This document shows positions 41,701 through 56,700 of a DNA stretch of 64,000 nucleotides, piece after piece. The translations under genes and the position numbers were made by a program. Every line of letters starts with the position of its first letter. Within the stretch, counting starts at the first letter, position 1. Source of the stretch: Phoronis australis (taxonomy: Eukaryota; Animalia; Phoronida); contig NMRA01000301.1 in the NCBI GenBank assembly GCA_002633005.1, forward strand, positions 124,001 to 188,000, written 5' to 3'. The notes under the pieces were generated by a model. The model had not been told where the DNA came from. It searched no databases and saw nothing but the letters and a program-made list of their open reading frames with translations.

Positions 41701-44700
41701 GTTCATTTAAAAATTTAAACCATCAACTTGCCGTGTGTAGTACTAAAAGAAGCACAGAAAATCCAATGTAGTGAGATATCTCTGGAACAATACGTTTTTA
41801 ATTGACAGAAGAAGAGTTAAAAGTGTGTCACGCTGAAGTTGCGTTGTTCCTTCCATTGCCTGCACAGGAAGTAGTTGAACTTCCCAAGTTTTACTACTGA
41901 CCTTTTGCTCATCATTACTTGGTAAAATATCCGAGTGTAAACGAGATTAAACTTGGCATTGCTAAATCTTTTTTGCCAAACAAGATTTAAGTGCATTCAG
42001 CCTATTTATAATGCAGGGATACGCAGCTGCGGCTAACCAACCCCAGCCATATCGACTTATAATTTATAGTATGCTTTCCAGGTAAATAAATGAATTAACC
42101 GAGAAAAGAAATAAAGTGCCAACACCGAACATTGTCTCTATGTTCTTAATTTATGGTGTCATCATTTCACAGAATCCCGAAATACCACAGGTCCCCTCTG
42201 TGTTTTTATTTGTCTTTCAATGTATGAGTCAGTGATCCCAAGGCTTCACACACCAATCGTGGGCATCACTACGCGGAAGCAAATTTGTTTTGATATTCGT
42301 CACACTTATCCTGCGCACTGTACTTCTATACAGTGACTGGTAATGGTGACGCCAAAACCGATTTAGATGAGTGGGGAGCGAAACATTATTCTTTTCTTGT
42401 CCCGTCTGCGTATGAACGTTTAACAGCTTGAAATGTGCAAAGTGCGACAATGTTGATGGACCGACTTTCACCTCTGAAAGTGATGATGATTATCGCACAT
42501 GGCAATATGGTTAAGTTGGTAATCGCTATATGCTAATTTTCCCTGGAATCAATGATTTTGCTAAATGCCAGTGATCTATCATGCCCCGATTGGTCTCAAA
42601 CATCTACATGTACATGTATAAGCAAGCGCAAAATCGGACCTAGATACTGTATTTAGGATGTCCTCATTTTTAGGACATCAAATAAGCGACATTAAATAAT
42701 ATTAGGTGTCTCCCAGGCTTAACTTAGATTTTCTGAAATTAGATATATAAGTTTCTTTTTTAAAATTTGAATTATGTTGAAGAAATGTCTCGTGTATGCA
42801 GAATTTACCTAACAATCGAGCAGCTTCTAGGCTATAGCAAAGGATAGTGTATAATGATATTCGCCTATAGGCATGCGTTAGAGAACTCCCTGCTGCACAA
42901 GTTATGAAAACCTACTCCCAGTGAGGTTCTATTTGAATGTTATCAACGAAGTCTTCTTTAGCTTTCAAGTCCGACACAAGGGTCAAATTCAGTGACATAC
43001 CATAGAATGTTTATAAATATGCAAATCAGCGACTGTACAGAATGATAGCTTATCTCACTACAAACAATAGGAGGAGAATTGTTTCGCCTCATCTACTGTG
43101 GTACTTAGTCATAAGTTTGATGAAACAGTTTATTACCATCACTTTTCCGAAACACAGATTCACCTTCACATACAATTACACACAGTTTTGGGGGTGTCCT
43201 GGAATACCGCAGTTGATATTTTGAATCTTATTATATTGTTATTGGCAGTGCGCTAAAATCCCCATCACAACTGTACGGTCAAAACTTTGAAGCTTTGACA
43301 TCGTTCAGCCCGCTTCTGCAGGTTTTCTCATAAAAAAAACTTCTTGGCCTTTCAGAAACAACATACATGTAGGAGAGTTGAATTATGGGGCTACCTGTTT
43401 TGCTCGTATCCAAAGTGTTACAGTCCCCGGTCAAAAATGGAGGACAGTTACACACACACTTGCCGGCAGGGGTCTTGAAAGGGTAGCCATGATTGTGGCA
43501 TGTGTTGGTGCATCCATCTGAAAACACGAAAACACCAGAGATGTCTTTTCAAACTCAGCTTTTAAGTTGTCATTCATTTCAGTTCAAATAAAAGTAAAGT
43601 TGAACAGTTTACACAGTGATATAAAGTTAGAAAATATAAATATTGGGTTATTTAAGACGAATTCAATTACATTTTTATACTTCAGACATATTTACCGACC
43701 TGCACAATTGTAGATGAGGTTGGCCAGTTTTGCATCGTAAAACGTCAGACCATGACGGCTCCCGGCCAAAAACGACAACTCCTGTCGTTTTACCTTAATG
43801 GTTGGCAGGCGATTTTTAGAGAATGCCTACAATATCAAACACGGATATAAACACTCTGAGCGATAATAACGATTTCGCAGTTATGATCAAAGATCTTCAC
43901 TGTGTATTACATTTTGTACTGATTTGACCAAACAAGAGTAGAGAAGCAAGTAACCGTTAAGAGCTAGGTGCCTTATCAAGGACGTTGACAATTTAAATCC
44001 TCTCCTGTATTTCGGTTAATTAGAATTATTCTATGATCACTCAAGCGCGATAATAGGAATAATTAACCCTTGGTAGTAATACGTACGTGGCATGCATTTT
44101 GCTCTAACTGTCAGCTTCAAAAGTCTAGCCAACAGAGGAAACTGAGAAAAGCAGCAGGAAAATGAAGGCATTCTACCTAGATAACTAGGATAGTCTGTTC
44201 TCGGTGCTTTTTCGGCTTCACGTACCAAAATAGCACTTCAAACCGTGTATCGGACAGAATCTTGATGCCTAACACTACATTACGCAATCAAAAAAGCTGA
44301 CATGGGTATTTCAAATACAACAGTATGTGAACATAATCAGACTCATCCGACTTACGTACAACCCGTAGTGCATATTGCTTTCAAGGTCGTACTCAACGGC
44401 AACTGATGTGGACACCTTTTGGAAGTTCTGCTCTCTTTGATCGGCAATGTTTTCTGAAAGAATTTCAACATAGTTGTCCCTGTCGCTTCTCGACTGCTCG
44501 TGGAAGAACCCAATGGTGTGACCTATTTCGTGCGCAATTGAGCCTCTCTGCAATTGAATGTACGTACTTTTACTCCACATAATCAGCCGGGAATTACGCT
44601 GTGAGAAATAGGACTTGCAAATTCAATAAATCTTTAATTCACTAAAATTTATCAGTCATTATCTTTCAGTTGTAAATCATCGATCTCCAGTTTAATTGTG

Positions 44701-47700
44701 TGTAACATGTCGTCAGGAGTATTAGACTTGTAAGTATTACCAGTTGTAACCTAGTTTAGCTGACGATATTTTCACTGTGGAAGCCTACCATGATAAGAGG
44801 TGGTGTAAGCTGTATTATTTATTTAAAACTTATTTTATAGATTCACTTTATTTTTATTTTTTTACATTTTCAATCGGTTTTGAGTAAAAACATTATTTAG
44901 CAAGAATGGTTCAGTGAATGTTAAAAGGTCACTGGCCTCTGACTTAGAAAGTAGTTGCAAAGCCGAGGCGAATCAAGAAAGGCAGATCGAATCACTGCAC
45001 TGTTTATCGTTCAGTGTGTGGTACAAATAGATTATTACATGTTAAGGGAGACAACGACTTCGCCATGTAATAATCTGTATTTAATTGAATAACAACCTGC
45101 ATTAGCTTTTCTTTGTGGGAATAAACAACACTATTTTGTAATAAAGGACGAAATACAACACTGGGACTATTGGGTGAGTCTTCCCCAATGTTTAGCCACG
45201 ACATGACTTGATAATTACTTTCTTCTTTGCATAGTTACATAAAAATAGTGCATCGCATGTTTCCGCTGAATGGTTATTGCCATTAATCAATTCGTGCACA
45301 CATGTGTGATTTCGTGAGAGAAACAAACTCACGTTTAGGCAATTCCCCATGCCAAATTCAACCAAGTTTATGACTTGGGTAGTGTGGACGAGCCCGACAT
45401 GTGAACTGCATCTACAAATAAAATAATGCAAGTGAGACACCGGTGGTGTAACAATGACAGTAAATGCCCGGAAGCAGATTATGAGAAAGACGGCCGCAGC
45501 ACGTACAGATTTCATGCATGAAACGCAAAGTGTTTCAGTGATTTTAAATCTGTTCTCTAATTGGGACGGCTTTAACTCCTTTTCCGTAAACGCAGATGAC
45601 TCACGCGATTTTTCTTCTGGTATGGTAATGCATGGTGTACATGAACAAGTCTTCTTCACTGTATGTTACGTTACGAAGTTACAACTGTTTACTGTTCTGT
45701 GCGTGTGATTGCCTGTGCTCACCATGTAGATAAACTATTGCTTGCACGTCTCTAAATAGGCACACTCATCTATGTAGAGTACGAAATATAATGTTTATCT
45801 TATAAATTTTGGTAGGATTACGTCTATTTTAGTCAACGCTAATCACTGGGAAGATATGAAAATTTCAAAAAAGTGGGAAATTCATATCTCGTGACATACT
45901 GCCACGTCAAAGGCGGCCAGCCACAGAGACAGAGTATAGGACTAACAGTTACCAATTTATCAAGTCATACACAAATATGTAATACTATAAAATTCAACCC
46001 GAAAACTGCAATTAGCTTTAGGCAATACAAAACACAATGATAAACAATAATATTAAAGTTTTATCATTATATACAACAATAAGAGAAAAGAGAATAGTGA
46101 AAAGTGACATTGACTTACAACACATCGATACAACAACAGACTGTTATAAACAAATGATGTGACGGATTGAAGCAGAATAAGATTGGTTCCAACACTGAAA
46201 TTATTTGAACAATTAATTGGGATATTGGATTTGTCTAGCAAACTATGGGATACATTAAGTGTAGGGATATTGGATTTGTCTAGCAAACTATGGGATACAT
46301 TAAGTGTAGGGATATTGGATTTGTCTAGCAAACTATGGGATACATTAAGTGTAGGGATATTGGATTTGTCTAGCAAACTATGGGATACATTAAGTGTAGG
46401 GAACTCATCAGAGTTACTTTCGATGACTTGGAAAAGTCCTTGTCGTTGTTGAAAATTAATTGGACAGCCCAACAGAAAGTGAATTTTAGTCTGAACTTGC
46501 CCACAAGTGCACNCACAAATATTAAAGTTTTATCATTATATACAACAATAAGAGAAAAGAGAATAGTGAAAAGTGACATTGACTTACAACACATTGATAC
46601 AACAACAGACTGTTATAAACAAATGATGTGACGGATTGAAGCAGAATAAGATTGGTTCCAACACTGAAATTATTTGAACAATTAATTGGGATATTGGATT
46701 TGTCTAGCAAACTATGGGATACATTAAGTGTAGGGAACTCATCAGAGTTACTTTCGATGACTTGGAAAAGTCCTTGTCGTTGTTGAAAATTAATTGGACA
46801 GCCCAACAGAAAGTGAATTTTAGTCTGAACTTGCCCACAAGTGCACAACGGAGAGATGTCTCTGAAGTTGTGTCGAAATTTATCAGAGTTAAGCATAAGT
46901 CCAGAACGCAATCTTTTGAGAGATATCTCGTGAGATGTAGGAATAGTTTTAAACTTGGTAAGAGGGGATGGTAGACTGGCATGACAGAAGCGATTTTTAA
47001 AGCTTCTATTGATCACTGAGGGCGAACGACTGTCTCTTAAATTCGAAGGCAGTGTATTCCAATTGTTGATCAGCGAGTTGCCCTGGAATATGACTTTGTT
47101 TCTCGATAGCAGATCAGTTGAAATGCATTCGTTTGAACGCTAAATCGACTAGTTCTGCGTTGATCTTCCAACAACGTAGCTTTTTTATTCACATATCTCG
47201 CATAATGAGCGACAAGAACGCATGTTCTGTGATTTTCTCCTATAAAATTATGAACTATTATCTACCCGAAACCCGTTCCTATCCGGACATAATGCCTGTC
47301 GGTGTTCCGGTACGGGAATCGTAGGCATGTTAGGTTCTGCCAGTGGTAGATTGCGTCCCAAACTTTGTCACGCGATGATTGATACTGGAATTTACGATTG
47401 GGATCGAAGTACCACGGTACAATGCCATTCGGCCAAAGACGTCTTGAACTGGTGAGGGCCTTCCGCTTCGAGATTTCCTGTAATGATAACAAATATCATT
47501 TGTGCAGGAGGTACACGCATGCGTTGTTACATTGGTCTGGGGTGAGAAGTGTACGGGTAATTCTAGGAATCATGTCGAAAAATATCTCAAGTGACTCAAG
47601 TGAGTGACTCCGCTGGCGCGAAAACAAGGCTGGAGAGTTGATTGACTGATGTTTAAATATTGTGAGCATATACTGAGAGTTTCAAGTGTCACCGTGTAAT

Positions 47701-50700
47701 CCGGGATCTTTATACATGGACGTTTCCGTTACGGGCAATGTTGACGTGTTTTCAGTTTATTGAAAAATCCTGGGAAATGATATGAAAGTCGCACGAAAAC
47801 GACCAGTTTAGCATTTAAAGCTAGAAGGATCTGTTTCAATGTACTGAAGCAATTGTACACGGATTCCATCTTACGGGTCGGATTACAAAAAGTTCGTTGA
47901 CTACGGGTTTGCCTCTTATGTATTGTGTGTCGGTTTCGATACCGTCTCTTCAGTGACTCGGTTGCACCTAGAACTTTCCAAAAACAAGTCGTGTAAATAG
48001 ATCTTTCGAGAGTTCACTCAAAAATAGGACATGGTACACACAAGCACAGGAGGAAACGTCGGGCAACGATATGAAAGAGGGAAAACAGCTCCATTCAAAA
48101 TTCAAATGTTAAATGCTTTCATGTTTGGAAATTATGCAAAAGCTTGGACTTTTTGATTCTTGGTATGTTTTCTCTTAAATGCACTTTATAATATGGTTTG
48201 TGTCACTGGGTTTTTATGTCTCTTTTATTAGTAATGTTTAATTTGCATTTTTAATCTGGTAGCGCCTAACTCGAGAAGATGGAATGCAGCCATGACTGCG
48301 AGAGCAATGTTGATTAACATGGAGATAACATATTGTTTCATGATCAACAGCATTTGGAATAAGTGAAGATCAGGAATAACATACTATCTCAATTAGCATA
48401 TTAAATTCCATCCCACATGGTTGTGGATGCCTTGAGTTAGGGTTGTAAAATCATGTAATGGTAGATTTTCTATACCTTTATCATCGCCAGCGTCGTATAT
48501 AATTTAAATTAACATTTATTACAACATGTCTTAACGTCCCTACTATTTTAGGAAGACCACGACGATAAGCTACACCTAAAAGGACAAAATGCTGTGCGTG
48601 CAGAACAGAATTGAATTGAGACTACTTCCCCTAGAAAAACATTGCAAAGCACAACTTGCGAGCGACGGCTAGATTGTTACTGGAAAACTCCTAGCACACA
48701 ATGGATTTTCCGAAAGTGCAATAAAATTTATTCTCTCTGTGTCAGTCCAGTTTGTGTCTGGGATTGTTGTATCCACTTTCGCACAGCTTGACCAAACTCC
48801 TGCCCCGTACAAACTCTGTCAAGCACACCGCTCCAAAACGTTCAATCAACAGTGTTTCTAGTCATCTGTGTTCACCACCATATATGAACTACAGTACGTC
48901 TTCTTCAGCAAAAGCTGCAAACGGTATGTTTTACTGAGAAGCAAATTGCAAGCTTGTGAAAACGCACTTACCATCCGAAACCTATCTGAAACTCGTTGAG
49001 TGTATTTTAGTGAGCCAATTGAAGCTGTGTTGAGATTATTTAATGCTACACGTAACGCACTTAGTACCTTTTCAGGCATGGGTAACATAGATGGCGCAAC
49101 TGAAGCAAGAGCAACTTCGCTGCTGAGCAAAATGTTGAAAAAAGAGTTCATTTTTGTTTTGATGTTCATGCGTGTGATCATGAAGAAGACAAAAATTCTG
49201 ACTACAGACCTGCAGAAAGAAGAGCTCATTATCCTGGATACAATGAAACTAATCTATAGAACTGCTTCATCATTCGAGAGAATCAGCATTTCCACTGAAG
49301 TAATGAATGGTCAGATGTATGCCAGTATCCGATTTGCAAGACCTTTAAACACCGACAACAAGAAAGTGTTTGCGGACAAAAGAACGAAGCGTATACATAA
49401 GAAACTTGACGAATGGGGCTTTACTTCAACAGCTGTGGATTTCCAGGGAACATTCCGAAGATGGATGACGGAGGTTTTGATACGATGGCCAGAGAGTACA
49501 GAGACAACGTAAGACGTTGCCTTTCCCATACGAAGCCAATCGTTGAATTGGCAAAGCTAACATGGAAGCTGAGCGTGATGTCTTCGTCAATCTGTGTAAG
49601 TGCCTGAAGTCACTTCTTGAAGCGGAGAGTGAAACTTCGACTTCAAGAATAATGATATCTTCCCGTGCATCTACAATGCTGCTAGACTGTTTTTCATTGC
49701 CCCTGTTAGTGTGGCGAAGGATGAGAGAACGTTCACCAAATTGGAAAGTATTTAAAATTGCCTCTGTTCAACTATGAATGGCAAGAGACTGGACGACCGG
49801 ATTGTTCTTGCAACTAAAAGTGATTTGACAGATACTATAAGCCATAAACGAAGTCTGAAGTAAACAAGAATAGAAAGCTGAAGATAAAGATCTCGACTTC
49901 GTAATGTTTGAATGACTACTTACAAGTCTACAGGTCCTTGAAAACTTCAAACAATGATATCGAACTGTATCTGAAGATGGTAACTATTAATTAACCCTTT
50001 GTTTGACTGTCCGACTGTACGTTTCCTTCCAATAAAGTTTTGACATTTTGAATGTTTTGACTGAGCCACTCAAGGAAACTATCTAAAAACATGGTTTCGC
50101 TGAAATACCTCAATCTGTAGATAAGGGTAGACTAGTTAATTACTATAAAAATCCATGGCCGTTATTTGTTGATATATTGTTATAATACAACTGTCCGCTC
50201 ATTCTTGGCTTTTAAAGAATTTTTAGGGCAAGCGTGCCAAAATGCAGGGCAAATTACTCTCGACACTACAACCCTTCCACACAAAAAGCACAAGTATTAG
50301 TTTCACACCTGCGCAAGCGTACATTCTTCACTTCCAAATATACATCCTATCGTATATATGAACTTGACTTATGAGTCCTCAAGCTGATTTTTCCGAATAC
50401 ACGCCAAGGCTTATGTGCATCAAAGTCCCGTATAACACCCCAGACAAAATATACATCACCCATTGCTACCGACCCCTGAGAATCCAACACTGAAAACATG
50501 GTTCAGTGTTTAGATTGAGATAACTCCATTACCTTCTCATCGTCTTCAACAAGGATGTCGCCGAAACGAGCTTTGGGGTCCAGACCCTTCTCGTCCATGT
50601 TAGTCTTACCGGTTGGTCCAAAGTTCTGTAAAATTCGGTGGCGATAAATAATCGTTTACTATTGTAAATTTTTGTTGAAATATAGTATTAGTGATCAGGA

Positions 50701-53700
50701 TAACAAAATTAGCTTGGTTGAACTTTATGCAACTTTGAGCAGCGGATTCCGCTCAATGTTGCACATAGTGAAACCAACCTAATTTTGTTATCATAACCAC
50801 ATATAATTAATTTCCAAAAGAAAACTTTACAGTAAACAACTTTTAAGTGTCATCATTTTGGAAACTAGATTATTAGATATGTAAGCAAAATTTTGTCATC
50901 ATTGCAGTGAGCAGGAGCCATTTGCGTGGTATAATGATTCCATGAAGCTGAAGAACTGATATTTTGACTGCATGCATGAATACCGTCCGCATTACATGTG
51001 CATGTCATCTGAAGGTGGCGTTGAACGCTTGTCCAACAAACACCCGATCGTCATCTGGCGAGTAAGTGAATTTTATTATGTTGCGGCTATTTTGAGAGTC
51101 ACCTATTGCAGTGATACGTATGACAGTTGGGTGACATACGCCAAAGCGTTTTACTGAGGCATGTACTCCAGTAGTTTACCAACCGAAATTAACTGTGCCT
51201 TCCCATGACTGAAGAACACTTGGCTTTCATGTTCATGATCGTCGTCATCTGTGTTCCCCTGAAATAGAAAGCAATGCATCACAGCACAGGAATCTTTTAG
51301 GTTGTTGGTGGGATCACCTACATCTGCGGGGGTGGTGAGCGTAAGCGTTACTAAGCAGACGACATACTTTCAGGCTGCGTTCCGTAGAAAATGACGAGGT
51401 CACACCCGTTAAATCTCGCAAGTGGAAGGCGAGACTTTAGCAAGTGTGCATGATTGGTGAGAGCGGCTAGAATTTTGATATATGGAAACAGGCGTAATAA
51501 TTGCTAACCAGTCGGCACTGTCGATTGAATGCTTTCTATAGCAACCACGCTCAAAATGTGGGAGTGAATGGTCAGTGTTTCACAAGGAACCTTGATATCG
51601 AGACCTCTCAAGAGTACTGGTAAAATGACTGCCGAATGGTGGGTCACTCAGGCTGGAATGTTGAAATGTCAGATAAGATTCTCAACACAAGTTTCTTGCG
51701 AGTGTCTTAGTGGCTAAGAGATTTAGCCCTTCATTTACGTGTTTATGCTTAGATTAATAAATTAAAAGATATTGTTCTCATTTCCTCACTTTACAATGCC
51801 CCTTGTTTGCCTGTAAAAATATAGCTGATTGGCTATATGAATATACATTATCTAGTGTCATTAGTTACACAGTCAGAAATCCATGTCAGAAACCAAGGCA
51901 ATCGTAATTGGTTTTGTGCCCTAACAGTGTTTGGCGCTCATTGTATAATATGGCTACCACACTGCATGTACGTGTCCAGTGGCGGATTTAGGGGGGCCAG
52001 GGAGGCCATGCTCCCTCCTGAAATTCTTCCAGGTTCCATTTAACATTTCGGTGATGCGAATGTCTTGGCAATACTTAGCTCTGCCCCAACTTAATCAAAG
52101 TCCTGAATCCGCCCTTGTATATTTTGATGAGAAACTATTGATGTTTCTCTAGTTACAGGGCGTAGAAGTTGGAAAAGTCACTACAATCTTGTTGCAGAAA
52201 ACTGAAGTTATCTAATTTTGGCACCAAGCACATTTAGTCGTGCAGCTACACTGGAGATATCGAGAATTCGTCCAAAAATAATTTGCAATGAATGGTGACT
52301 CCGTATGAAATCCAACAAGTGAGTCTGTACTCAAATTCAAAGACTTCGCACATGAGTTATGTTTGGTGAGATATAGAAAAATTTCGTTTCTTAAGAATAT
52401 TCTTCCATTATTTATCTTTTTATGACATGTACCTCCATTATGCTACAAAATTGGGCGCCGAAGTAGACATGATTGAATGCATTTTAATAGCATATCTAGC
52501 TAGCTGATAACAAGTCTTGCCTCTTCCGTACTTTTTGCGTACAAAGCATAACACAAACCCCACTTCGTCCTATTTGCCTGTTTTCAGTTGCTTCAACCAG
52601 CATAGGGAGCCTCTTGAAACGTGTAATTAGCTTTCAAAAACGACGTAAAAAGCTTGCATTTTAGAGAAAATCACTAATAATTATCATTCTATCAAAACCG
52701 CATTGATGATTATTGCTTATTCCAAAAATTATGTACACAAATTGTGACTGGCGTGCGTGCTTCGTTTAAGTGATGGCGTAGCTGTTTGTTTACATGGAGA
52801 CTGTGGACGCGACCACCAGCCGAATTTGCCTTACTCGTGTTTTTATCTTCGTTGTGAGAGCCACTGGCATAGGAAGGGAGGCAACTAAGGGCATTATGGC
52901 CCTCTGGTTAGTACAAAAAATCTACAACTTTGTCAAAACTCATTGTACTTTTGCAAACATACCGTGTGACTGACTGTGTCGTAGCAGGGGGTGGTCAGAT
53001 GCCACCGGGCGCCTGCCGGAGGAGGGGGGGAGTGCTAAACAGGTGTCATCTAAGGTGGCATTAGGCATCTGTAAACTGGGGGAGGGGTACACAGCTACCA
53101 ACTGGGGATGGGGGCGCCCTTTAGTGCGGTATACACGGGGCTACGTCAATGGACTGACTACTGTCATTTCACCTCAACTACTAACTACGATTAACTACAA
53201 TAAAACATATAATACACGTATGTGACGAGCACTAGGAAAGCAAACTTAGGTAATTTATCTCAAACTGTGACAATTGATCTCGTGGCTCTTGAAGTCGAAG
53301 GTTCCATCGGCGAAATTACGGGTCGTTGAGTGCTCAAAATGTGACATTTAGATTTTTAGGATACCTAATCATGTACAAAAATTGAAGCTGTTATGAATTT
53401 TGAAGTATAAAGTGATTTTTGAAAATCTATTGGTTTTATATAGACTGTCTCGTAAAAGAAGTGCACGTTTTCTTTCAGTATATTTTTTTATTTGAGTATA
53501 AGGTACATTAGTTTATTAAATGGTTCATGCGAAAGCTGTTTACGTATATTTTCTGGTATTCTTTTTCAGGTTTGGATTCTTAATAAAGTTCTTTTGGCTG
53601 ATCTTTTAGTTTGAGTAAAGTTTCTGGATTTTGTGGCAAAATTTGACTCTGAGTTCAATACTGGGCAAAGAAACAAAAAATGAACATCGTTGATGGCTTG

Positions 53701-56700
53701 CAGAGCTACTGAAGTCTCTCCTGCTGTGTATCACCATAATGCATGATTTTCTGTTCTTGGCTTGTCAACCCAACACTTAATTAGGCGAATATTTTGGTGA
53801 GATTCACTAATGAACAGTTATGATGATATAATGCTAGGCTCTCGCCAGGTAGCTATTGGCGAATTGTGATTGGCAGTGCCTATGAGAGAGCTAAATCCAT
53901 TTGACAACTTAGCGAATGCTTTCGCAACTTGACAATAAAAATTAAATTAATTTCGGGAAACCTACTAGCGCGTCGACTCACAGTCAGATCGAATAAAGTT
54001 GAGCCGCAGACGACGCTCTTTAATTGATAATGGCAATTTCGCGCTTCATAGCGAGACCTCGCGTAAGTGTTGCCTCAGTGACAAAGTCAAAACAACGAAT
54101 AGCAGACTATTTATTTCAGCCATCAAACGCAACCTAGGATATCAAAAACTTTTTACACTTGCGAGGTGGTGTGAGCCAGTCCTGTGGAGATACCCAGACT
54201 TATCCTCATGTTTTCTTTGCTTGTGAGGTATGCAAGGAGGAGAGGGTACAGCTCTTCAAGGCACTCGAACAATACCCCAATGTTTATAAAAAATACTCTG
54301 AAATTCCGCAATTGTACAACAAAATTAATTTCTTTCTATATGGATGTCAAGAACTTAACTCAAACGAAAATATGGTTTTATCTGAAATAGTATCAGAATT
54401 TCTTTATAACATTAAATCTCTTTGTGTGAGTGGATAGAATTTTACACATCTGTATGAAAATAAATTATTTTCATTCGTTGTCATATATCATTGTATTCTT
54501 AACATCAGTTTTTTTATTTATGTATTTGTATATAATCATTGTATATAGACTTCTTTGTATTTTTTTACCCAGATCTAATGCCTCTTGGCGCTTTCTGGGT
54601 TATGTATATTCATTGTATTCTGAAGATTTCGTAATAAACATTAAAAAAACGGCATTACCTAGAGATAAAAATGAACGAAGTTCTGCTGTCTCAAGCAAGC
54701 AATATTAAGTCAAAGTTTACATTAATTATTTTCATATTACATGAATAACTTGTAATTCATTAACTAACTTTGCCAATTTTCAACGCACAATTTGTCGGGT
54801 CAAATATTGTTTGAGACTTGACACTGACATGACTTCTTTTCAAGGAGTAAAAGGTGCGGACGGCGCCGGGAAGAACGAATTTGTTATCTGTTTTTAATCA
54901 AAACACGTGACATGTCATATCAAGTCTTTAACTGTAGCAACTGTAAGAACAGGGTCCTCGATTAACCGATACTTCTCAGAGGGAAACTCTTCAGGGCGAG
55001 GGGAAAATTCTACTTCCCGATCACCATCAATAGCACATCGCCACCCTGTTGCAAGCCCTCGAAGGCTCTTGCTCAAGTAGCCAAATTAACAATTTGCGCT
55101 ATTTCAAATTGTTACCTGTGTAAGTTACAAATGAGTCAAACCTCAAGGGGACTTTTTCAATCACCTGTGGTGAATTTTTGGGCCTCATGAGGAAAATTTG
55201 CTTGATTTTCAATATCTTTCGAAGGGGAATGGGGTCGATATTCGCTACTAAAATGAAGGGTTTGAGGGCCGTGAAAAAGTTATTGAGAGACTGGGATGCG
55301 TTTGCATTTCGGAGGCGGCCGAAAGAAAGCAAGGTAACTTGAATATCAATTTTTTACTTAAGGAGTTTTATTTTCAATACTCTGCACGATTCAGCTTTAT
55401 TTTTGCAAGTCACACGTTGTGTTAAAGCTTTTGGACCTATACATGTATGTCTTGCTCACCGAAATGCCTACGTTGCCCGGCGTACACCCACTGTAACCCG
55501 GGGAACTTCACATTATTTAAATGCCCATGTGGCCAGCATACCCACGCAGTAACTCGGTTATAGGGGGACCGGCTGCCCAGACTTTTTAGTTCGTTATAAA
55601 ACACATGTTGGTTGACATCCCCTCCAACATTATGAAAAGGACATATGCATAACATGAAAAATAAAAAGTTCGCTCCATGTAACTGTGTTTCATCAATTCC
55701 GGGGCTGGGAAAGGAGAAAGTATTTGGCTTATAAATTTTGATAATGGCTAAAAGTTTTCAGATGCTTTAACCATTTTGGCGAATAACTTTAAAAGTCTAG
55801 CTCAAGCGAAGTAATGGAATGAATACATTTTCGAAACTCAAAATTTCCAACTTGAAACGAGATCAAGAACTTCGTTAGCCCCAAAATTTGAATCTTCTAG
55901 TTGCCGTTGTTTGTTCTTTTCCTTTTTCGTTTTACGCGGCAGGACGTTTGACAGCAGACTTCATCTTCGGCTATGTAATGTGCAGCTACTAGCTGGCTGC
56001 CTAGATTGACGTCGAAACCAAACATCTAAAAACACACCTATCCATATTTAAGCCCTCGAAACAGTTATAAAATATGATTAGACGGGAGTAATGAGACAAA
56101 AATATAACGTAGTCTAGATTTACATTTTTTCTATGAAGTCTTGCGTATCTCAAATTTAGTTTACTTCCAATGATGTAACATTCGTTTATACGTCCCGTAA
56201 ACCACAACACCAGTCTGGATCTGCAATCTTCACCCAGAGTGCCGCAACCCCGTAGGGCATTTTGGGACTCGTGCTGTGTTAACCACTTTCGACTTTAATC
56301 AAAGTAAGTTACCGCTGATCTTTTTAATACTGGTTAACTTTTACGGTTGCACTTTGAGTTGCGACTCTGACATCAACAAATGGTAGAAGCTGAGTTGCGC
56401 GCGCTATCATGATTTAACTAGGATGAGTCGGTTCGGAAATTTTTGTTGACAACCTCTTCTAAATTACATTGTAGGACGACCAAAAAAGAAGATATTCCAA
56501 TTCGGGACGTATCTTTGTACCTTGTGGATGTCTCTAATACCAATTGCATGAAGAAATACAGTTCAACAAACCGTATGCCATCCTCCATGAATACCGCTCA
56601 CCAAATGCTTATCTACAGTATTATGCACAATGGAGACAAAACTGCGGCGAGTTGAGCAGAGCAAGCTTTTGCTAGAAAATCATAAAGAGTAAAAAAGTAT

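Noticed and set aside
46053-46472. Leucine-rich-repeat-like ORFs (15-aa repeat)
   Set aside because: Produced by a 45-bp DNA tandem repeat inside a LINE relic.
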